Source: Dehalococcoidia bacterium (GTDB taxonomy: Bacteria; Chloroflexota; Dehalococcoidia; Bin125). From it: a stretch of 64,000 bases of DNA. The stretch lies in contig OY820591.1 in NCBI GenBank assembly GCA_963555985.3, positions 928,001-992,000 of the forward strand, given 5' to 3'. Both the position numbers and the translations under genes were made by a program. This document shows positions 61,487 to 64,000 of this stretch, piece by piece. Within the stretch, counting starts at the first letter, position 1, and every line of letters begins with the position of its first letter. Under the pieces are notes generated by a model. It was not told the origin of the DNA and searched no databases. It saw only the letters and a list, made by a program, of their open reading frames with translations.

Positions 61487-62815
61487 ATGCCGGTCTCCAG
61501 CCTCACCGTCACCGATGTTGGGCCTTTCGATGAAATCGCCCTGACTTTCGATCCACACGTCAACATCTTCACCGGTCCCAATAACACAGGTAAATCCACT
61601 TTGCTGTGGGTGCTGGGGGAATTGCTGGTCTTCCCGTTCGGTATGCCGCGAAAATCTCTTCGCTCGGATGGTGCAACTTGGGAAATCCAAGTGCTCTCGA
61701 ACGACGGAGAGAAATCGGCGAAGGGCACTCTTCCCACTCTACCTGGCCCCTTGCTTGAAATCCTCGAGCACATAGGATACACGTGCTACATCCCTGCTCA
61801 ACGGCACAGCACCGACTATCGCTCCCCGGGCCCAATGTCATCTCGCGAACATGAATCTCCTTTTTCCGACTCCTTTTCCTTTTCCGAGTGGTACGAGGAA
61901 CGAGTGGCATCCCGCATTACACGCTCGGAAGGAAATCGCTACCCGTTTTCCCAACGGGAACAAGGCGATGATGACTACCCTCCCGAGTTAGCTAAACGTG
62001 CGAAGTCGATGGCTTCCGGAAATTCATTAGTTAGTGATGACGCTGTTAAACAAAAGATCATTGACCTAGACTATGCCGCTTACAGGCGGAGGAAGCCTGC
62101 TATCAAATCGGCTCTCAATGAGCTAGCCTCTATCGCCTCCGCTGTCACTCATGGATTCCATCTGACTTTTGACGGAGTGGCGGAAGACGAAGATGGGCTG
62201 TACCCTGAATTCGGTACGCCCGACGGCCCCTTGCCGCTTGATGTCTTGAGCCAAGGTACGCAATCGATTGTGCAGTTCTTGGCTCGTTTTTTGCTTGGCT
62301 ATGCGGAGTATTATGATTTTCCGTCTGACTTGCGAGAGAAGCCTGCTGTTCTTATCATCGACGAGATCGATGCGCACTTGCATCCATCTTGGCAGCAACG
62401 GGTTATACCAGCTCTCACTGAACGGTTCCCACACTTGCAGGTATTCTGCTCTACTCATTCTCCAATGATGCTCGCGGGTCTCAAAACCGGCCAGATTCAG
62501 CTGCTGCAGAGAGGTGAAACTGGAAACGTTTCGGTCACAAAGAATGAAATGGACATTGCAGGATGGACCGCCGACGAAATTTTGCGCAACATCATGGGAA
62601 TAGTGGACCCAACGGACGAAGCTTCCGCTGATCGGCTCAGGCGTCTTCAAGAACTGCTGGAGAAAGAAGAGCTCTCCGACGACGAGGCGAGTGAAGTGGC
62701 GCAGTTGCGTCAGGAGGTACGCCAAGATTTGCTGGGAGGACCAACTTCGACCATGGTAAAGGAAGTTGCAGACGGGCTCAGAGGGTCTCTGACGACGACG
62801 AGCGAGCGCTGCTAA
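61487..62815 (+). CDS. ABC/AAA ATPase, PtuA-like
   Basis: GPNNTGKS, LSQG, IIDEIDAHLHPSWQ, STHSP. Confidence 0.85.
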   Translation: MPVSSLTVTDVGPFDEIALTFDPHVNIFTGPNNTGKSTLLWVLGELLVFPFGMPRKSLRSDGATWEIQVLSNDGEKSAKGTLPTLPGPLLEILEHIGYTCYIPAQRHSTDYRSPGPMSSREHESPFSDSFSFSEWYEERVASRITRSEGNRYPFSQREQGDDDYPPELAKRAKSMASGNSLVSDDAVKQKIIDLDYAAYRRRKPAIKSALNELASIASAVTHGFHLTFDGVAEDEDGLYPEFGTPDGPLPLDVLSQGTQSIVQFLARFLLGYAEYYDFPSDLREKPAVLIIDEIDAHLHPSWQQRVIPALTERFPHLQVFCSTHSPMMLAGLKTGQIQLLQRGETGNVSVTKNEMDIAGWTADEILRNIMGIVDPTDEASADRLRRLQELLEKEELSDDEASEVAQLRQEVRQDLLGGPTSTMVKEVADGLRGSLTTTSERC

Positions 62816-62864
62816 AGACACACGATGGTTTACGTGCGGCGGAGAGTCAAAGAAAGGCTAGGAC

Positions 62865-63527
62865 ATGCATTGGGTTGACCGCGGTGCAGAGCCTGACGAG
62901 CTGAGTGAGTTGCATGAGAGGTACGCTCAGGGATGGATCAACTACTATGATCTAAGAGATGGAAAGATGCCGACAGATGCACATTGGCGCAAATTCGCCG
63001 ATGAGCTTAGGGCCAGCTTTGCTGATCTATGCGCATACTGCGAGGGAATCGCAAAGGGAGAAGTTGATCACTTCAGGCCAAAGAGCAAGTTTCCACAATT
63101 GGTCTATTCGTGGTCCAATTGGTTGTTTGCTTGTCATGACTGTAACCATGCCAAGGGCAGCCGCTGGCCTGATTTGGGCTATGTCGACCCATGTACAGCC
63201 ACTACGGATGAACGGCCGGAACGATACTTTGATTTTGACTTGGAAACAGGTATGATATTGGCTGGGTCAACAGTGAACGAGGAAGGGCGGCAAAGAGCGA
63301 AAACGATGATTAGAGACCTTAAGCTGAATGCCCGCCATCACCTACAGAGAAGGCTGCGGAGGAGGGAGCTGGTTGTCGCGTTGTTGGAGAGCGACTCTAG
63401 TGCTGAAAATGGTATCGAACAGTTTTCGAGTCAGGAATTTGTGTCGCGAAGTCAAGAGTATTCTAGTTTTCTGCGTGTGGCTTTGGCGGCGCGAGGACTG
63501 TGGACAGACAGTGGTGATGGAGAGTGA
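62865..63527 (+). CDS. HNH endonuclease, PtuB-like
   Basis: CAYCE..VDHFRPK..WSNWLFACHDCN..KG. Confidence 0.88.
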   Translation: MHWVDRGAEPDELSELHERYAQGWINYYDLRDGKMPTDAHWRKFADELRASFADLCAYCEGIAKGEVDHFRPKSKFPQLVYSWSNWLFACHDCNHAKGSRWPDLGYVDPCTATTDERPERYFDFDLETGMILAGSTVNEEGRQRAKTMIRDLKLNARHHLQRRLRRRELVVALLESDSSAENGIEQFSSQEFVSRSQEYSSFLRVALAARGLWTDSGDGE

Positions 63528-63566
63528 GTGCAGATGTCAGTCGGTTGCATGAGTTTATGGAAGTGC

Positions 63567-64000
63567 TCATAACCGCCGATTCGACACCACCGGCTCCGAC
63601 GCCAACAATGTCCGCAACACCGCCAAATCCGGCAACCCCAGAATCTCCGACAACCCGTCATCAAGCGTTTTACGTGTGGGGCACTCCTGCATAGCTGGCA
63701 GACGCTCGAACTCCGAGTCGCTCAGGTCGTCGAATAGGTCCGAGAGAGCCGATAGCTGTTCCGACGTCAATGACCGGACATCCAACACGGGCAATCGCGC
63801 CAAGTCCGTCTTCTTCATCGCCGACCACCCTGCCCTGGTGGTCGTGCGCCTAGCCAACAGCGTGAGTAAACCGAGGCTGCTGTTCAGCCAAACCGCGAGA
63901 GCATTGCACCAGGCATCGTCGTCGGGCTTGACAGGCCAGAAGACGTTCGACAACACGTTCACGTCTGCGCACATGGCGACGATCCGTGTTGTGTTCAGCC
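63567..64000 (-). CDS. C-terminal part of a probable type IIG restriction-modification protein (partial)
   Basis: WLNSSLG..LARLPVLD specificity-domain-like pattern; frame open to the window end. Confidence 0.5.
   Translation of the reverse strand, partial: LNTTRIVAMCADVNVLSNVFWPVKPDDDAWCNALAVWLNSSLGLLTLLARRTTTRAGWSAMKKTDLARLPVLDVRSLTSEQLSALSDLFDDLSDSEFERLPAMQECPTRKTLDDGLSEILGLPDLAVLRTLLASEPVVSNRRL

Overview
High-GC bacterial chromosome segment. The 16S rRNA and gene content suggest Chloroflexota, probably Dehalococcoidia (inference). Core loci: rpsB-tsf-pyrH-frr-uppS; nadABC with an adjacent NrtR-type regulator and its palindromic operator; miaB; sucCD; a TPP-riboswitch thiDEOSG-tenA-tenI operon; xerD, eno, uvrC; a methylmalonyl-CoA mutase/epimerase/MeaB cluster; tilS; seven tRNAs; and a 16S rRNA + tRNA-Ile unit with no 23S following. 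Accessory content includes toxin-antitoxin modules (several decayed), a Septu-like ATPase+HNH pair, restriction-modification remnants, secreted proteins sharing an unrecognised repeated domain, and many REP/MITE repeats. The most unusual signal is a dispersed, apparently non-coding element: a TTGACC-17bp-TACATT promoter overlapped by a LexA-box-like GTAC-N4-GT(A/G)C site, followed by 10-bp-phased CGAAC repeats and a conserved tail.
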